Source of the DNA: Basidiobolus meristosporus CBS 931.73
Taxonomy: Eukaryota > Fungi > Basidiobolomycota
Length of the DNA stretch: 64,000 nucleotides
Reading direction: 5' to 3'
Assembly: GCA_002104905.1 (NCBI GenBank)
Contig: MCFE01000012.1
Coordinates: 62,001-126,000, forward strand
The notes beneath the pieces are model-generated. The model saw only the letters and a program-made list of their open reading frames with translations. It had not been told where the DNA came from and ran no database searches. Position 1 is the first letter of the stretch. Each line of letters starts with the position of its first letter. Shown here in pieces: positions 60,613-64,000 of the stretch. Position numbers and translations under genes: made by a program.

Positions 60613-61935
60613 ATGATGCCAATCATGAACGAAGTCACCTACCCAACAGCCCATCATTCAAATATCCAGGATACACTCAAGTTCTTTGTCTGCCCAATTT
60701 GCTCGCAACTACTCGAACAACCAATCACCCTTTCATGTGGATTCACTGTATGTTATAAGTGTGTGTCCTCTCCAAATGATGGTGAACTCGCCCACTTGGT
60801 GTGTCCAATGCTCCAGTGCCCAAAGAAGACTCATAGTCTGTATGAAGCCCACATCGATGTGACCGTCAATAAGGTTCTGGAAGCATGCGTTAATGTTTCC
60901 TCGATGTTCCTGAGACAAGCCCTCTACGAACACGACTGGATTACCTCCTCTAGTAAAGAGTCAGTTTCGTCAGAAGATACACTGCAACCATTTCCCAGCG
61001 AACACAACTTTGAAGACCAGATACTGGAAGAGCTGGAGTGTCAAGTATGTTATATGCTGTTCCTTGAGCCGATTACCACACAATGTGGCCACACCTTTTG
61101 CAAAGAATGTTTATTCCGCTCAGCAGATCACAGCGATAGATGCCCCATATGTCGCCACAAACTCCCAGACTACTATACGCTGACAAAATGCTCGAAGAAC
61201 TGGCTGTTGCACAATCTAATCCAGGGCAGCTTCCCGCAGCTTGCTGAAAAAAGACGAATCCTTAACAAAGCGGACAAAGTGGATACATTGGGTGATACTC
61301 CACTGTTTGTATGCTCCCTTGTATTTCCTGGCATGCCGTGCTATCTACATATCTTTGAACCAAAGTATCGGCTTATGATTCGTAGATGTCTTGAATCTGG
61401 GCAGAAGCGGTTTGGAATGATGTTACCCGGACGTCATGGGCGGCCATTCATGGAGTACGGAACTATGCTTGAAATCAGGTCAGTGGAAACACTACCTGAC
61501 GGGCGATCACTAGTGCAAACAGTGGGCCTCTACCGCTTCCGGGTCCACGAGCACAGTATGCAAGACGGTTACTACGTTGGAAAGGTAGATCGCATTGATG
61601 ACATCGACTGCGAAGAAGCCTATGACTCTCCAGCGCCAAACCAACCTTCCCTCAATGAGCTTATGGTATCAGCACAAGAATTTGTAGATTTCATAAGACA
61701 AGGATGCGCGCCATGGCTGATCCAGAAATTGGATGTTACTTATGGATCGATGCCTACAAACCCTGCAGATTTTTCTTTCTGGGCTTCCAGTGTGATTCCT
61801 ATCGATGAATATGAAAAGTACAAGCTACTCGAGGCCCAGTCTATTCGGAAGCGACTTAGCATGATCGTCCATTGGGTTAAACGACTGAAAGAGCAATGGT
61901 GGTTCAAGTCCAAGGGAAACTGCACTGTAATGTAA
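60613..61935 (+). CDS. LONRF: LON peptidase N-terminal domain and RING finger protein (LONRF-like), intronless
   Basis: Two RING-like domains (CPIC...ITLSCGFTVC; ECQVC...PITTQCGHTFCKEC...CPICR) and the LON substrate-binding domain PLFVCSLVFPGMPCYLHIFEPKYRLMIRRC...FGM...YGTMLEIR...LPDGRS. Confidence 0.92.
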   Translation: MMPIMNEVTYPTAHHSNIQDTLKFFVCPICSQLLEQPITLSCGFTVCYKCVSSPNDGELAHLVCPMLQCPKKTHSLYEAHIDVTVNKVLEACVNVSSMFLRQALYEHDWITSSSKESVSSEDTLQPFPSEHNFEDQILEELECQVCYMLFLEPITTQCGHTFCKECLFRSADHSDRCPICRHKLPDYYTLTKCSKNWLLHNLIQGSFPQLAEKRRILNKADKVDTLGDTPLFVCSLVFPGMPCYLHIFEPKYRLMIRRCLESGQKRFGMMLPGRHGRPFMEYGTMLEIRSVETLPDGRSLVQTVGLYRFRVHEHSMQDGYYVGKVDRIDDIDCEEAYDSPAPNQPSLNELMVSAQEFVDFIRQGCAPWLIQKLDVTYGSMPTNPADFSFWASSVIPIDEYEKYKLLEAQSIRKRLSMIVHWVKRLKEQWWFKSKGNCTVM

Positions 61936-62981
61936 ATCACTTACCTTTCAAGCATATTCTCCAATATCAATGAAAAAACAATCTCTATGATATTCTCATG
62001 TATTTCTTTATTAGCATTGTCATCCATTCATCCTTTTAAGACCTGATCACCCGCTGTAGAATTTCTAATCCTCGTTGTGTAAATGTATAAAATCCCTATC
62101 CTTCATGATTTCAACAGGCGAATTCAAAGGAAGTCACACGTACATAAAAGAGATGACAAGCTAACCGACCTGATTCTGATTTGGGGACGTGAAACCATTG
62201 CTTAAGTTATACATTGGAACCGTCATGCCCAGATCAATCGATCAATATTATAATTTCGATTCCTGCCACCCGTTATCTTTTGGCATAAAACCGCGTTCTG
62301 AAACAGCATATACAAGTTCGAGCCATATGAATTTTGAGCTATTGACGTCATATATCACATAAGCTGACTTGCAGGGCCAAGATGGAAATCAGGGTTTTAC
62401 ACCTGATATCTAGTGTGACATGTCTATTGTGTTCGCCTGGTTATGAACATACTTGGGGCGAAGAACGGGCCAAGCCTTAACTGTGAACTGACCTGGGTCT
62501 ACCAAATGGCATATCAAACTGGGTAGATTAACTATACTAGAAGTAAATAGTCTCATTGTTGTATCTGGTGAGTATGCAATCTGGAAAATTCAAGTAGCTT
62601 ATCCCCAACGTTAGCAAGAATTACCCGAAAAACACTTGCATTACACAGCTTGTACGAATACTAAAAAACGTGCCGACTACTGCGCTTGAATGAAACCGCT
62701 CTGGACGCTTGTCACCCACCCACAAGCACCCCAACCAACTCTATTCAAGCCCTGGTATAGACGAACCAAATTTCAAATGTTTACAAGGAAACCCCCATAG
62801 CTTGGCTCAACTGTGTTGATGTAACGTAGCCGATTAGCGGCACTCAAGACCTGATTTAAGAAATGAAAATCTCATATGCTACACTTACATATAAGGGTTT
62901 AGCAAATTGTTTTATATTGTTTACACTTGGATTGATGAAGATAGGATTACATTAATTAGGGTGCACCTTGTCATGCTTGTC

Positions 62982-63953
62982 TTAAGCAATATTGGCCAAG
63001 TAATCCTTCACCTCACTAACTGTCAACTTTCTGAATTTGCGATGTTCCTCTGAATCACCGCCACCTATGACGCCGATTTCAATAGAATGCTCAGTCATCT
63101 CTCCTTCATAACCTTCCTTGAGAGTAAGGATCGCGGTATGGATCGCATCATCCAATTCCATTTCCTCATTGTACCTAAGAATATTTGATTATTAATTTGG
63201 TCACAGGTAAATTCACGAGAGGGTCGTACCGCTTTTCAAGGAAAGTTTTGGCGTTGATCATGTTCTTCCCAATAGCAGTAGCCTTCCACGCCCAGTAAGA
63301 GCCGGAGGGATCGACCTGATAGAGGGAAGGTCCATTCTCATCGTAACCGGCGACCAAAAGAGAGACACCAAATGGACGTACACCACTAGAAACTTGGCGT
63401 GAATACGAAAGTAGAAGGGGTTATCATACAGAGAATGGGCACCAACCCTCTTTGGGTGAATTCTTGCATCACGCTAGCTACATCTTTCACTAACATAGTG
63501 TTGGGAGGATCTTCCTGATAGACTCGGCGATAAATTTGCGCACTTTTTCTAGCTTTGTTGACCAATACTCTGGCATCGGGACCCATCCCAGAGTACACTA
63601 GGCCAACATTTGGGCAGATGGTCGAGATCTTTTCTACTGTGGTGGAATCGATGAGAGGGGAGGCTGTTTTCTTCTCAGTGGCGATGACGATTCCGTTTGC
63701 AGCTAATTACCAACGAACAGTTTAAGAAAAAAAGCTTCAGCAAAGAGTTTTAAGTTCACCTAAACCACTGCCCTTCTCCTACCGCCAACACAAAAGAGAG
63801 GCGTGACATAATCGACGAACCAGGAACCAGTTGCTTACCTTTAATTCCAATGCTGGTGACTCCCTGTGCAACAGCGTTGAGCGCGTACTCAATCTGGACA
63901 AGTTTTCCAGAAGGAGAGAAAGTGGTGAGGGAGAAACTGTAGCGATCCGACAT
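62982..63953 (-). CDS. PRE8: 20S proteasome subunit alpha-2, 4 exons
   Basis: [72 protein letters not shown] and [22 protein letters not shown]. Confidence 0.97.
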
Positions 63954-64000
63954 TATCTAATGGTAAACTCAAACTACCAAGTATCAACTAGAACGAGTAT

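Overview
Eukaryotic, intron-containing genomic DNA of about 40% GC. It is most consistent with an early-diverging fungus (Mucoromycota/Zoopagomycota-like); this is inferred from gene content and from short GT-AG introns with CTAAC/CTAAT branch sites. About 21 protein-coding genes can be reconstructed by eye: RSPRY1-like RING/SPRY ligase, ZW10, a Git3/CAR-like GPCR, an Rdx (SelW/T/H-like) protein with Cys instead of Sec, Prm10/ThrE transporter, sterol O-acyltransferase, a White Collar-1 LOV photoreceptor lacking its GATA zinc finger, CFIm25, an LYR protein, PARP (with a GC-AG intron), an ER-type FKBP, Tos4-like FHA protein, 3-beta-HSD/Erg26-like enzyme, alkaline ceramidase, RBBP9-type hydrolase, CRAL-TRIO protein, a small unknown protein, a secreted CBM9-like protein, a fungal CSL transcription factor, Lcb1, LONRF and proteasome alpha-2. 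No tRNA, rRNA or CRISPR array was recognised. The accessory sequence holds a modular, strongly CpG-depleted repeat family at two loci, one of which forms a ~1.3-1.4 kb foldback element. The most unusual observations are: (i) a cluster of CSL-type binding motifs in the gene-poor flanks of the CSL gene itself, in a window rich in sterol/sphingolipid genes; (ii) the zinc-finger-less WC-1; (iii) the foldback repeat with a 1.1 kb stretch free of CpG; (iv) the bacterial-type CBM9-like gene with introns; (v) a strand-asymmetric G-U-rich hairpin downstream of the proteasome gene. All homology calls come from motif recognition, not database searches, and exon boundaries were inferred by eye.
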